Below, piece after piece: positions 50,662-64,000 of a DNA stretch of 64,000 nucleotides; within the stretch, counting starts at the first letter, position 1; every line of letters begins with the position of its first letter. A model generated the notes under the pieces. That model saw only the letters and a program-made list of their open reading frames with translations. It had not been told where the DNA came from and did no database searches. The stretch spans positions 36,508,213-36,572,212 of the forward strand of contig OZ234493.1 of NCBI GenBank assembly GCA_965153455.1, given 5' to 3'. Origin of the DNA: Sphagnum compactum. Its lineage: Eukaryota. The position numbers and the translations under genes are program-made.

Positions 50662-52554
50662 CGTTTGTTACAGTGGTAGACTTCAACAACAAAAGTGAAT
50701 GAAGTGTTTTTTGTGCGTGCTGCTGGTGAAGTGAACTGCCCGAGGGACTTCTTCAGGCTGCTTAACTTCTGTTTCGCATGCATGCAGCGAGCTCTTCTTT
50801 GTAACCGACACACCCATATCTTGGGATCCATGTGGATGGGGGCTTCAAGCAGAGACCATGACAAACTTAAACCTTTGTAAATAAAAATTTTCACTGACAC
50901 TACTTACTTGTGCACGACTCTTGAAAATGCATCAAGAGTTTTCCATTATAAGTATAATAGACTCAAGGAATCAACAACAATATGGGCTCTGGCAGCCCAT
51001 ATTGCAATGCATTCTAAATCAGTACCTATTTCTTTCTTTTTGTGGTGAACTTTTGCAGTGTGGGGATCCAAAACAAAGTTGTCCTACGAGTTTTACAAAG
51101 GTTTCTCTTTGGGAGAAAAATGGCTTCAAGTCGGCCATATTTCAAGGGAAAAAACACTGTCTGAATTCACCATATTTAGACTATAAGTTCCACTAGGTCG
51201 GTCGTCAAACTAAGGCAGGAATCTTAAAAATTTGTTCTACTCTCCTCTCCGACATGTAGCCAAATTTGGCCCAAGTCTTCTTGTGTATGATGACGATTAC
51301 ACCACCTACCTCTCAAAATTGGGGAAACAAAAAAAAAAAAAAAAAAAAAAAAAACCCCTGATTCTAATGTGCTTAGAAAAGTGCTTTTTTGAGAAATAAA
51401 ATATTTTATATCGGGAATAAAATATTTTATATCGGGTTTTTTCATAGCTCACGTAATTATAAGTACAATTGTAACTATACAATTATACCCCTTGATCCAG
51501 GGATTTAGCACATATCACAAACCATATTGCAAAGATGTCAGAAATTGGTAGTGTATGCAATTTATAAACAAAATTATACAACAGAATTATATATTATCTC
51601 ATAATAATTGAAGACACGATTTTACCCGGTTATGTATGATTATCTTTAACAACAATTATGAGAACGAATTGGACAAAAGAACGCATTGTCTCGTAGCATG
51701 AATGGGGCTCAATTCACTGCACTCAAATTTCGACAAATGCACAAGAAAGTGATGATGCCATTCTAATAGGAGCCGCCCACCATGCGTCCACCCCTCCCAA
51801 GTATCATCGAATATGCCATCATAGAGTAAAATTGTTGTTGTATCTGTGTCCTTCTTTGCCTTAATTTTGGGCCTAATTTTTAATACGGGGTGTGTGCTTG
51901 CAACAAGATCCCACATAGGTATCCATGCTCTTACCATGTGTATTAGCCCAAGCCAAAAATAATGACAACAAAACCGTAAGATTTCATGGAGCCTATGCAC
52001 AAAGTCACGCTCTGAACCCACAAAACCCAAGATTTTTATTTTTTTTTGGTAGCCAAAGTGGCAATCATCCATTGGAAGATGTAAGAATAAAGTGACAATC
52101 ATCATGGCTACTACGCTAGGAAGATTTAGCCAAAATTGGGCTATAAACCAGAAATCGTGTACAAAAATATTTAATCATCCATCTATAAATTTTGGCTACA
52201 TAATTTGAAAACCAAGTATATGAATCCGGTGATTTTTAAAACATTTTTTCATTGTATCCTATGTTCCCATAGCTACCCACGATGGTTTAGCTCCGCACTA
52301 ATCATCCATATGAATCTACCTACCTATCCATTAGCCACCTACATTACCTACCAACGTGCCTATAAAACGTACCCACTTACCTAGGTAGGGTGAGGGGGAA
52401 CTAGGAGGATTTAACTGGATAGGTTATTAAGGTGGAACTTTGGTAACTCAGTTGTGGTTCATTGACAACCAACCGAGTCATAAGGGGTTTTCAATGGACG
52501 GTGCACTCGTGGTTGCCAAGTCACCTAATCCCTACTACTAATTAGCTTCGATTA

Positions 52555-52786
52555 CCACCGATTGTGTTTGGCTCCAATCGGTAGCTTCATTATCTAATTG
52601 TGTGTTGATCCACACCGATTGTGTTTGGCTCCAATCGGTAGCTTCATTTCTAATTGTGTGTTGATCCACACCGATTGTGTTTGGCTCCAATCGGTAGCTT
52701 CATTTTCTAATCGTGTGTTGATCCACACCCATTGTGTTTGGCTCCAATCGGTAGCTTCATTTTCTAATTGTGTGTTTGATCCACAC
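52555..52786. repeat. 56-57 bp tandem repeat x4, each unit with an 8-bp stem-loop
   Basis: accgattg-tgtttggctc-caatcggt at 52557, 52614, 52670 and 52727 (last copy with one mismatch). Confidence 0.95.
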
Positions 52787-55700
52787 TCACGTGCATTGAT
52801 CCAAACTCATCCGTACATCTAATGCATATACATATAATCCAATGTTATTTTTGCTAAGGTCGAGAGAAGCTATCCAGCAGATTCTATTGAGGATTTTGAC
52901 GAGTTCCCATTTGGGAGCACAAAAGGCTCATTTCATAAGTCTTTCTAAAGGACTCTTCTTTTGTATTGTAGAGTACGGAAATTCACACTCGCTCGATTGG
53001 GCATGAGAGAAATGTACCCACATGGCCTCAATTGGAGTGCCAAATTTGAGCTGGCTGAATGTGAAGGTCAACCTGCAACCCGTTTCAGCCCATGTGCTTC
53101 CTTCCTTGTGCATGTTCGAAGTGATCAATCATCTACCAAAAAAAATTTAACAATTGTTTCGACTCCAAGGTTAGTATAGACTATTTTTCAATTTCCCGTG
53201 TAATTTTTCATTCACAATTTTGGCATCGAAGTTTTTTTTTTTCAACTTTTTTTAAAAACTTGCAACAATTTTAATATTAAGTTTGAATGAATGAGATTTA
53301 TATCACACATGCAAATTGCCCATATAGTTAAAAACTTGATGATGAATGAAGTTATGTTCTTCATTGACAAAATATGATCACACATGCAAATGGCCATATA
53401 GTTAAAAACTTGATGATGGATGAAATTACGTTCATTTGATGAAATTTGATCACACAAATGCAATTAGCCATATGAGCACATCTAGAGTCATAAGAATCAA
53501 ATCCATTCCTTTATCTAAAGACTATGAGAGTCCTTTGTCCCCAAGGTCAATTTTGGGTATCTAAAATTCATTTTTTGCAATGTCATACGTTTGAAAACTT
53601 GTATGTCTTCTTATTGCTTTTGGTGTAGGAAAAAACAAATCAAATCCTTAGTTGCCAAAACTAAAAAGCAAAAAAAATTCAAATTTGAGTGCTGGATTCA
53701 AGCATGACATATTAAAATTTGCACTACGAGAGAGAAAGAAAGATGTTATAAAAATGTCATCTAAAGAATGGAAGTGTTAATTATCAAACCCAAAAGAAAG
53801 AAAAAGGCAAAGGAAACATTGTACTGAGTCACCACGCTTATAGGAAATTGTGTTTGCATGGATGGTAGTGCAACTAGCCTAAAAGCCTTTGTCAAAAACA
53901 TCTTGACAAAAAAGTTTGTAAGTCTTGTGCTGAATAGAAGAGACATGGTTTTGCGAACTCCAACAAATCTCATAAGTGGATATTTTCTCATACATGAACT
54001 ACCCTCGCGCCCATTTTCCTTAAAGTTAGTGCGATTGGTCACAAGAAACCTTTGGCCACAAGTCAAGAAGCCTTTCATGTAAAAGGCATTTTTGCTTCAG
54101 CTTTGGGAAGGTGTCCAAGAAGGTTTTTGTCACTAGCATTTGCATGCGTTGTGTTGATGTGGCCATGATTGATTACACAAACAAATAGTGCGGACTCCTT
54201 GGTCTCATAGCCTTTAAATTTTTAAGTATCATGAAATAGTGTGGACTCCTTTGGTCCCATAGCCTACAATTTTTTAAGTATTGTGGGGGTTGAGAGGAGG
54301 GGCGGGGTGGTCATCTCAACAAATGGGCCTTAACAACTCCCTAAAATGCTTTTCGTTCTAAGAAAGAATGTGTCCGTGAAAGTAGGTGAGAGCTATGCTG
54401 ACTTGGATGGATGGATTTCGCATTTGAATCCTTCCAAAAGAACAAGTCTCATGACACAATGGCTTTGCCCTTTTATGGCACTTAGATCAAACAAATTCCT
54501 AAACAAGTGATAGTGGGGAACCATGTGACATTGGTTAAGTAATTTGAATACACAAACATATTTTACCTTAAGAAATAGCCTTGAGAGAATACAACAAGGT
54601 CACCCATTATTATCCCTACACCAAAAAAAACTAGGCAACAAGGCATGTGGATGAGCAACTTTCTCTTCTGAATTCTACATTACTTCTATATGGTTTATCA
54701 TATTATCAATATGGTAATAATAATAATAATAATAATATAAAAATCTCCAAAGAATCATCATTGTATTATTTTTTAATTGTCAAAATGTTGTCAAATTTTG
54801 TCCCAAATGGAATGAGTCTGGTGACCACTTCACCCTAAAGTTTAGGGATTTTTTTAAATGGAAAATAAAATTAAAAAAAAGTTGCTGAATGGCTTGAGAA
54901 TATGCAGGCCTCCTTAGCCAAACCCACCATAATCCTGTAATGATTATGTTTTCCGGTGGATTAACCCTAAACCCCACATTAACCCTAAAACCCAGCACTC
55001 CCGAGTGCACCATCCATTTGAAAACCCATTCGAACCAAGTCACCACAACTTAGTTACCAAGGTTCCACCTTTGAGTAACCAACTGATCATGTAAACCCTC
55101 TTACTTTCCTCCCCCCCCTAAGTAAACCCTAAACCCTAAACCCCTTACCTATACCTAAGTAACTAACCAACTATGTAAGTGCCTAAGTACCATAGGCAAG
55201 TAGGTAGCAAATGTAAGTAAGTGGTTTCCATGTAGCTAGATCCATAGGTAAATTGCCTTTTGAAAATATTTTAAAAGTATGTTAACTTGGCAAAAAGAAG
55301 ACTTATGGAAACTAAAATATGTTAAAAGTACGTTAACTTGGCAAAAAGAAGACTTAAGGAAACTAAAATATTTCACCATGCAAAAATATAATCTTCAAAA
55401 AAAAATCCTTTAAAAGAAAACCAAAATCCTTCAAGATATAATTGTAACTCTATAATAACTAATCTCAAGTCTTTCAACACAATAGCCAAAATACCATCTT
55501 TCAAAAATCCTCATATAAAAATAAATAAGTAGACCTATTATTATTATTATTATTATTTATTACCTAGTAGGGGCCAAAAGCCCTTAAGCTACTATACTAT
55601 AGAATGAATCTAAACACAATATCCTCAAGGGCCTTGGTAGTAGTAGGCAAGGCCAATAAATGATACCCATTTTGGGTAAGAAAATTTTGGGTAATTCTTT

Positions 55701-57234
55701 GGTAAGTGCAGTTGGTAGGTTGTTCGTAGGTAGGTAGTAAAAACAGCCCTTATCTATATAAACCATCTACCAGTTCCGTAGCTAACCATGGTGGTTAGCG
55801 CAGTCCGTAGGTAGGTAGTAAAAACAGCCCTTATCTATGTATAAACCATCTGCTCGTACTTAGTAGTAGTTACCTATTTTCCTACCTACCTACCTACCTA
55901 TTTACGAGACCTATTTTCTTAACAGAATTGGTTACCGAGGTTAAACCAAATATTAACTCAGTTGAGGGTTCATCCACAACTGAGTAACAATGGACATCCA
56001 GTGGATGGGTGTGCTGCTGGTTCACTTGTGATCGGCCTTCCAGAAGAGAGGATCTACGGTCCCCTAGCCATTCGGGCAATCTGTATCCACGGCTGTGATG
56101 GATTCAGTGAAACAAAAAAAATTATTTCCCTTAAAAAAAATTTTGCACCAAAATTTCTTTGTATAATTATTCCTTTGCATATTTCTCGTAATTTTTTTGA
56201 AAAAAATATTAAAATAAAAATTTAGAAATATTATTAAAAAATTAAAATTAAAAAAATTATTTTTAAAAAAAATTTTAAAAAATGATGCTGTAAGAAGATG
56301 ATTACTGTTGGTTGATGATGGATGCTGTTGCAGCATGCATGGCTTTGTACTACTCTGGTACTCCTGAGTACCTTACAGAGCACACCCATATATCAAGTGT
56401 CAGGGGGGATCAAGTGAAGTTCAAGTGTATATAAAACATTTTCTTCTTATTTATTTTTATTTTTAAATTAAATTAAATTAAAATTTAAAAATAAAATAAA
56501 ATAAAAATATTCTAATAAAATAAAAATAAAAATAAAAATAAATATTTTTAAAAACTGTGGATAACTCTACCTTTGCAGCAGACAGACTCTCTCTCTCTCT
56601 CTGCCAGTCTTTTTTTTTAAGTCAAAGCACTCAAGCAAATTTCTCAGGCTAATAAGAACAAAAGGGTACATACTTCCAGACAAAAAGGCTACATATCATC
56701 ATCATCATCATCAGTGTTGGACTGGTGCCCACTTTTTAAAACAACAGACCAAACTGGTCCTGGAATTGGGGGGGGGGTGGGGGAGGAGGAGGAGTTTTCT
56801 TTTTCCTCCCCCATACCCAGAAGGGTACTGGTATTGGGTACTTTTTCCATTAAAAGAGTTGCATACCAATCTGGTATTGGTGTTAGGGTTGAAGGCTGAT
56901 TTTTTAAAATTTTAATAAAAATTGATTAAATTGATAACCACCTGGTATTTATTGAATTTTCAAAATATATAATAGGTATGTATTGTAGACATACATGTTT
57001 TCTTTTTTGGTGATTTTTTGTTCAAAATAGCTTAAAACTAGTTTATGTAGCTAAAAAATAAATGGCTAAAAAATAAATCTAGAAGGGATTTTATTATTAT
57101 TATTAACTTTCATTTTTTGTAATAACCAAATCTATGGCTAAGTAATCTTATGGATGATTGTGACTTCAGCTACAGAAAAAAATTTGAAAAAAAAAAAAAC
57201 AATAAAAAAAAATAAAATAAAAAATTGATGCTTT

Positions 57235-57400
57235 GAGGTTAATTCATAATGACCCATTACCCAACCCATTGAGAGGCTAATTCATAATGACCCATTACCC
57301 AACCCATTGAGAGGCTAATTCATAATGACCCATTACCCAACCCATTGAGAGGCTAATTCATAATGACCCAATGCTCCGAGGTTAATTCAATATTAAGCCT
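57235..57400. repeat. 38 bp tandem repeat x3+
   Basis: taattcataatgacccattacccaacccattgagaggc repeated. Confidence 0.95.
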
Positions 57401-58424
57401 AATTCATAAAAGACTCAAAATGCTTAGAGACTAATCCACACCAACCAACCAAATTATAGAAGGGTTCCATGACAACTCCCTCATTGTCATTGTCATTGTC
57501 CTCAAGGAGTCCGTTCTATGTACTTTCTAAAAAATTGTGTTTACAACAAGAGACAAATTCAGGAAACCAAAGAGGGAAGGACATGCAAGCTATGTTGTGG
57601 ATGTCAAAGCTCTAGGAAGTAAATAGAGCATAGATAGATCCTTTGCTAGTTACTACTTACCCATATGACAATATAACCAAATCAATCCGGGCTCCAACGG
57701 TAGATGGTGGTAAAGACTATTCATCCAAGAGTGTCAAAAGGATTGATTGGCAAGTAAAGTACGCACTTTGTTAATGCCTTTGGAGGATAGAAGATGGGTG
57801 GGTTGGAAGGAGTTTAGAAGAAGGGTAGGAAGTGTTTTTTGTTTGGTGTGCAAGGAAACATACATTTGTTGTACACAATATAGTGTTGTTGAGCAATGCT
57901 TTGGAATTGAAATGAGCAACTAAACCCTAAACCCTAAATTTCTTGTGCAACTTGGGCAAGGTTGTGTAGTGACTTGTGACCTAAATAGGTTAGTCACACA
58001 AGGCCTTGACTACCCATTTATGTCTATACCTATATACCTATATATCTATAATTTTAGTTATATATTTGTATACTTATATATGTATACATACATATACTTT
58101 TGCTGAAGGAAAGCTGCTTGATCAAGCAAAGTAGACAACCAGCTGAGATTTAAAAGCAGCTTATGTAAGAATCTGTTGCAAAAGGGCTATGAGAAGTGAT
58201 GAAGCCCAAGTACAGCAAAATAGTATAAAATTTATGAATGTCATACAATTATGATGCAACTGGGGTGGGGACCATTACCCACAGATGCTAGCCTATGTCA
58301 CACCTTTGGAGTTCAACTCTTGCCAAAAACACTGACCCCATCAACCTACTAGACTGGAAGCAGCTGATGGCCCACACAGGTGCAATGGGTTTTCATTAGG
58401 CCCAGGAGATTCTTGGATAGAATA

Positions 58425-60245
58425 CTCAAATTTTGAGTTTCAAGTTTGCATTTTCCATGCCTCTCCTATTCCTACAGTTCCATGGTTCCAAGTTCATGTT
58501 TTCATGTGTCTCCCTAAGTTCCAATTTTTCGAAGTTCCCGATTTGCATTTTCCCACCATGGCTCCCTCTATTCCTAATTTCAAAGGTTCCACGAAGTTCA
58601 TGTCTCCTTAGTTCCACATTTTGAAAGTTCGAAGCTTTGTGTTTTCATGCCTCCTCTCTATTCCCAATTTTCAAAAGGTTCCAACGTCATGTGTCCTTAT
58701 TTCCAAATTTTGAAGTTCCAAGTTTGTGTTTTCATGCCTCCTATATTTCCTAATTCCAAAGGTTCCAACTTCATGTTTTCATGTCTCCTTAGTTCCAAAA
58801 TTTGATGTTCCAAGTTCACATTTTTCACGCCAATATTCCTAATTCAAAAGGTTGCAAGTTCGTGTTTTTCATGGCTAATTTTCTTGGAGCCTAAAAAGTC
58901 CATTTGTAATCAAAGTATATTTTTCCCTACCTTAGTATAGTGGATAAAACCTTCCAAGTCCACTCATCCATCAAACATGGCAAAACCCCATGCTCCCTCA
59001 TCGTGGCATGTTGAAGCATGACAAATACCTATGACAACACAAGACACATTGAACGAAATAACCAAGGTCATTGTGGCTTCACTCTCACAGCCCATAGAGA
59101 TGTATCTAAGTTTCATGGAATTGGAATTGGATTTAAACCCATGGCCCCTTGATCTCATCATGCATGTCAAAGCTCCATGGGATAAACAAATGACACAATG
59201 AATGCCATAGCCACCATCGGCCATTGTGACTTCAATCTCATGAACATAAAGATCCAAATTCCATGGAATTAGAATTGGATTTAGCCCCATCGCCCCTTGA
59301 TCTCATCACAACATATAAAAGCCCCATGACACCCATAATGGTAATGACAAAATGAATGCCATAGTGATCATGGGTCATTGTGGCTTCAATTTCCCATGAC
59401 CATAAATATCTAAGGTCCTTGGAATTGGAATTAATGTCATGGCCGCTTCTTGATCTCATGATGGCATGTTGAAATCCCAAAACACGCGTCCATGATGGCA
59501 ATGAATTGCATAACCAAGATGGTCATTATGGCTTCAATTTAGCATGTGCATCATTATAGTCTAAGGTTCATGGAATTGGACCTAATCTCAATGCCTCTTC
59601 ATGTCATCATGGGATGTTGAAGAAACCACTAAGACACCCACCTATGATGGAATTGAATTTCCATAGCCATCTCCATGACCCCTTGATCTCATCATGGCAT
59701 GGTTAAAGCCCTAGGACACAATTGGTGGCAATGGATTCTATAGCCAAGTCTATGACCCCTTGATTTCATCATGGCACATTGAAATCCCTAGGACACCCAT
59801 GATGGCAATGGATTCCATAGCCAAACATGGTTGGCATTATGTGGCTTCAATCTACCATGAACATCATCAAGGTCTAAGGTTCCATGAAAATGTGGGATTC
59901 CATAACAAAACATGGGTGCATTGCATGGCATCAATCTACCCACGAACATCATCAAGCTCGAAGGTCTCCTGAAGTGTGGGATTCCATCTATGCCCAAACA
60001 TGGGTGCATTGCATGGCACCAATCTAACCACAAACATCATCAAGGTATAAGGTCTCATGAAGTTGTGGGATTCCATAGCCCAAACATGGTGCATTGCATG
60101 GCATCAATCTACCCATGAACATCATCAAGGGTCTAAGATCTCATGAAGTGTGGGATTCCATAGCCCAAACATGGTGCATTGCATGGCATCAATCTACCCA
60201 TGAGCATCATCAACGTCTAAGGGTCCATGGAGTGTAGGATTCCAT
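58425..60245. repeat. Adjacent degenerate tandem arrays (~95 bp units 58425-58870; longer degenerate then ~83 bp units 58960-60245) upstream of the HMA gene
   Basis: Recurrent 'aagttccaagtt..ttttcatgcc..tattcctaatt', 'ggaattggaatt...ccccttgatctcatca' and 'gtgggattccata..caaacatgg.gcattgcatggcatcaatctacc'. Confidence 0.85.
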
Positions 60246-60993
60246 GTCTTTTGCATGGAGGAAAAGTCCTTAAGAATCTCCATGGAGTAAGTGGGTCGGC
60301 GTAATAATTATGAAAAGGTCAAGCTGAGACATGGAGGGAGACATTTTTCTTCTTGTGGGGAGGTGGGGGGAAGAGGACGAAGAAGGTACCTACCCACTTA
60401 TACAGGGATTACTATACTCCATCATCATCTTCTTCTGTTGTAGTAGTAGTAGTAGTAGTAGTAATAAAGTACATAGTCTTGGAGAAGAAGAGAAACTGTA
60501 CAGGGATTGCTGTTCTGCATCTGTTATAGTTGTAGTAGTAGTAGTAGTAATAAGTACATGGTTTTTGCTCCCTGTGAGCTCTTGCACCATCTAGGACTCA
60601 GTACTCACCATCAAGGAGTGAGTGGGTCATCTCCTTCTTCTTCTTCTTCTTCTTCAAAGAAATCTCTCAGCTGGTAGTAGAAGTGTGAGTGACGTTGTGT
60701 TGTTTTTGCTTTCTTCAGGTCTAGAGATTGCTCTACCCCTCCATTGGGGCTGTTGTGCACTTGGAGGGGAAAAGACACAGAGTGGGGAAGAAAGCAGCAG
60801 AAGAACTCTTGTGCATATACATCTTTTCAGCTCCTCTCAGCTTTGGGTCCTGTTGTTGCTGGTGGTGGAAAGGATTTTCAGGCTGGATTTATAAAAGCTT
60901 GTTGGTTGTGCTGTTGAGAGCTTCATCACCCCTCCCCCCCCACGCGCCCACCCAAACCAGTCTTGTTGCAGGACATAGCCCCCATCAGACACA

Positions 60994-63906
60994 ATGCCTG
61001 AGGTAGGTAGAGCTCTTTGTGTGTGTGTGTGTATATGTGTATGTATTATGTATTATGTATGTTGTATGTGTGTCTTCTTCTCTCTTTTCTACTCTTTTCC
61101 TCTCTCTCTCTGGGCTATGGATTTAGAGCATGGTGTTTGATCTGTACACATAAAGAAGAGTGTATCAAACTCTGTCTGTATGTTGCTGTTTGAGATGGAG
61201 ATTTTTTTTTTGGGACTTTCTTAGTGTCATTTATTTATTTATTTTTGGCTCCTTCATCTATATCCCTTTCTTGTCCAGAAACAGCAACCCAAATCTGAGT
61301 GAGAAATGGATGGATGTTCTAAAAGAGATTTGGGGATTTTTTTTACATATGTTCTTTTCTTCTTGAGGATCAGGTTTCTCCAGTTTTCTCAATGTATGTG
61401 TGATTTTTCCATGCAGACTTTTCCTCTCATCTTTGATAGAATTGATTTGTCATTTTCAAGAGGTGTTTTGATGTCATTGAAGAAGGTTTTCCAGTCTTGC
61501 ACTATTTGTATCATACAGATTCTGTAATTTGGGTATTTCATGGGGGTTTTGTTCTTTTCTTCATTTGGAAATCCCACTATCTCCCATTTCCCAATTCAAT
61601 GTTTTTTTGAGTCTATGTAATATGAATTTTGTAGGAGCAGGTTTCCTGCTAGCTATTCTCTGAACACTTCCATATTCTGGCTTGAGATGGATATAGCTCT
61701 GTTTTTGGGAGATTAGTTTTGAAGATTCTCAAGGGATTCCTGAAGAAATTTTGATGTTGGGTGTATGTTTCTCAAGGTCTTTCCAAAGAAATCTGATGTT
61801 GGATGTATGCATTGAAATTGATCCGATTGATATACTGCACAAAAGAAGCAGTTGGTGGGATAAAATCTCTCTTCTGTTTTACTTCTTTTGTCTTTTGTGT
61901 TTTGTTTGTTTTTTCTTTTCTTTTGTTTTCCAGTCTCATGTGTCTCTGTGTGTTTTGATCCTGTTGTAGGTTGATGTAAAGGTGGTAGTGCTGAGAGTGA
62001 TGATGCACTGCGAGGGCTGCGCAAGTACTGTGAAAAGAGCTGTGAAAAGAATACCAGGTGACAAGAAACTCTCCAGTTCAATCAGATTTTTATGGTTCAT
62101 GGCATCACTGCTTTTTTCTGCACTTTGGAGAAATCTCCTAACTGTATTTGGAGGGCACCTTACATACATGAGCATCCTGAGGAGGGATCTTATGCCTACT
62201 CCTTAAGAGTGGGAGAGAAACTGCAGTGCAAGATTCCTCCCCACCCACTCTTAAGGAGTAGGTGTAAGAACCCTCCACCTCCTATGCCTTGTTATCGACA
62301 AATGTTTAAGTTCATGATAATGCTTGCCTCTTGCTTTACAATGGGTGAAGCCATGGGTGGGAGACATTCCCAAAATGCAGGGGCTGGCCTTTCAGCTACT
62401 GCCTAATGTCCCAAAATGCTGGCTGAACTCAGCTACTGCCTTATCCTAGGCCCCCTTGTTTTGGGAATGCCCTGCACCTTGGGGTTTTACCCTACACTCA
62501 TTACTCTTTTGCAAATCTGCTGTTCTTTCTTCTTCTTACAATGTGGTGCTGGAAACATTTGATGTTGTTGAGCGCAGGGATGACATCATATCAAGTCGAT
62601 TTTCCAGGACAGAAAGTGACAGTCACTGGGGCAGTAAAACCAGAAGAAGTTTTCCGCCGGGTTGCCAAAACTGGCAAGTATACCGAGTTTTGGCCAGAGG
62701 AGCCAAAGAAGGCAGAAGGAAAAAAGGAGGAGGAGAAGAAGAAAGAGGAGAAACCCAAAGAGGAGAAACCCAAAGAAGAGAAACCCAAAGAAGAGAAAAA
62801 GGAAGAGAAGAAGAAAGAGGAGAAACCCAAAGATGAAAAGCCCAAAGAAGAAAAGAAGGAAGAGAAGAAGGAAGAGAAAAAAGAAGAGAAGAAAGAAGAG
62901 AAGAAAAAAGAGGAGGAGAAAAAGGAGCCTGCAAAAGAGGGGAAAAAAGAGGTAAAGGTCTCTAACATCTCTTCCCTGTTGAAAAGTTTACCTGTCAAGT
63001 ATCAAAAACCTTCTCTCACCCTTTGACAATCTTGTACCATTTTCAATCTTTGCGTTGAAAAACTCAAATCCTAAAACTCTATGAAGGAAATTTCACATGT
63101 TCTTGGTGTCTCTTTGATTGAATTTCAGCTCAAGTTGATGCCTTCGAATTTTGCAGCTGGGATTCAAATAGTCCCGTTTTGTGGCATGATTTCACAGAGA
63201 AAATCTTAACTCAAAGAAAGGCATTTAGTTGTTCTGTAGCTGTGAAATTCATTATGGTTACTGTATTCTCAATCCAAACACATGTAGTAGTTCTGCAGTT
63301 GTGATCATCCAGAATGGTGGCTGTCAAGTCGTCAGGAGATGATCATCTTATGTCAATGGCAAAGTCTTATGTGAATGGAAACTTTGGTGTTGATGACAAT
63401 CTTGTGTAGATGGTTTGGATATGAATGTTGTCAGGTGCATAGTTGTAAACCAAATTTGGACAAGGCTTTTAAGTAGAAAGAGTTCAAGGGGAAAGGAATT
63501 CTCTTGAATGTAACAGAAAACATTGGGTGGTGGGTGGTTGTGAATTTTCCAGGAGGCCAAAGTGGAGGCAAAGAAAGAGGAGAAAAAAGAGGAGGGTCCA
63601 AAAGGAGATGGAGGAGGTGGTGGTGGTGGTGGTGGTGGTAAGAAGAAGAAAAAGGGCGGCGGTGGTGGAGGCGGTGGTGGTGGTGGAGGTGGAAGTGGAG
63701 GTGGAGGAGGCAAGAAAGAAGAATCCCCCAAGGAGGAGAAGAAGGAAGAAAAGAAGGAAGAGAAAAAGGAGGAGAAGAAGGAGGAAAAGAAGGAAGAGAA
63801 TGAGGGAAAGAAGAAAGAGGAGAAGAGGATGGAACTACCCAAAGAGGATCCATTCCCAGTGACATTTGTTCTTGGGCCTGACTACACTCGATACTACTAC
63901 TATTAG
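60994..63906 (+). CDS. Heavy-metal-associated (HMA) domain protein, HIPP/HPP family, with Lys/Glu- and Gly-rich tail; exons 60994-61002, 61970-62057, 62578-62951, 63553-63906 (274 aa)
   Basis: 'MPE|VDVKVVVLRVMMHCEGCASTVKRAVKRIPG|MTSYQVDFPGQKVTVTGAVKPEEVFRRVAKTGKYTEFWP' is an HMA domain with CxxC. Junctions are in phase (825 nt). Confidence 0.9.
62181..62276 (+). other. Long intronic hairpin (candidate pre-miRNA or structured element)
   Basis: Perfect 19-bp inverted repeat 62195-62213/62244-62262, extending to ~33 bp with two G-U pairs and one mismatch. Confidence 0.75.
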
Positions 63907-64000
63907 GCAACAAAAATGAGATTCCAATGGAAGCCAGTATTATTATTTACAAATAGCCTTCTCACTATAAATTAAAGTCCGAATGCCAAGAGCACAGCAC

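Noticed and set aside
52555..52786. CRISPR-like array of palindromic repeats
   Set aside because: The intervening sequences are near-identical, not unique spacers. No cas genes, and the context is eukaryotic.
54960..57940. Scattered AAACCCT(A) telomere-like motifs
   Set aside because: Only 2-3 units at a time, embedded in repeats; not an interstitial telomere array.
62591..63913. Antisense and alternative-frame ORFs rich in F/S/P/R
   Set aside because: Shadows of the low-complexity E/K/G coding sequence of the HMA gene.

Overview
Eukaryotic land-plant nuclear DNA. The AT-rich decayed repeats, intron style and repeat families look like a moss, probably Sphagnum (my impression, not a database result). 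I can assemble five spliced GT-AG genes. (1) A minus-strand B3-domain protein with an EAR-like motif and a 5' frameshift (~8.7-11.4 kb). (2) A plus-strand small plant protein of unknown function ('VICPKPRR...FCGSPP...VRVEGF' family, ~19.0-22.4 kb) with a long spliced leader. (3) A minus-strand RS2Z SR splicing factor (25.9-29.4 kb) with a candidate poison exon. (4) A 15-exon NF-X1-type zinc-finger gene, NFXL2-like (36.8-46.2 kb). (5) An HMA-domain protein with a Lys/Glu/Gly-rich tail (61.0-63.9 kb). Intergenic DNA holds decayed PIF/Harbinger, hAT and Ty3/gypsy remnants, MITE-like repeats, minisatellites and an intron-retaining GCN2 fragment. Best leads: an intron-split uORF plus a possible CUG start in gene 2; a Harbinger transposase split collinearly around a 6.3 kb block carrying the GCN2 fragment and the B3 gene; two strong hairpins (62181-62276 intronic, 24586-24656 intergenic); and the RS2Z poison exon. 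No rRNA, tRNA or CRISPR array was found. Exon models come from splice signals and reading frame only, without transcript data.
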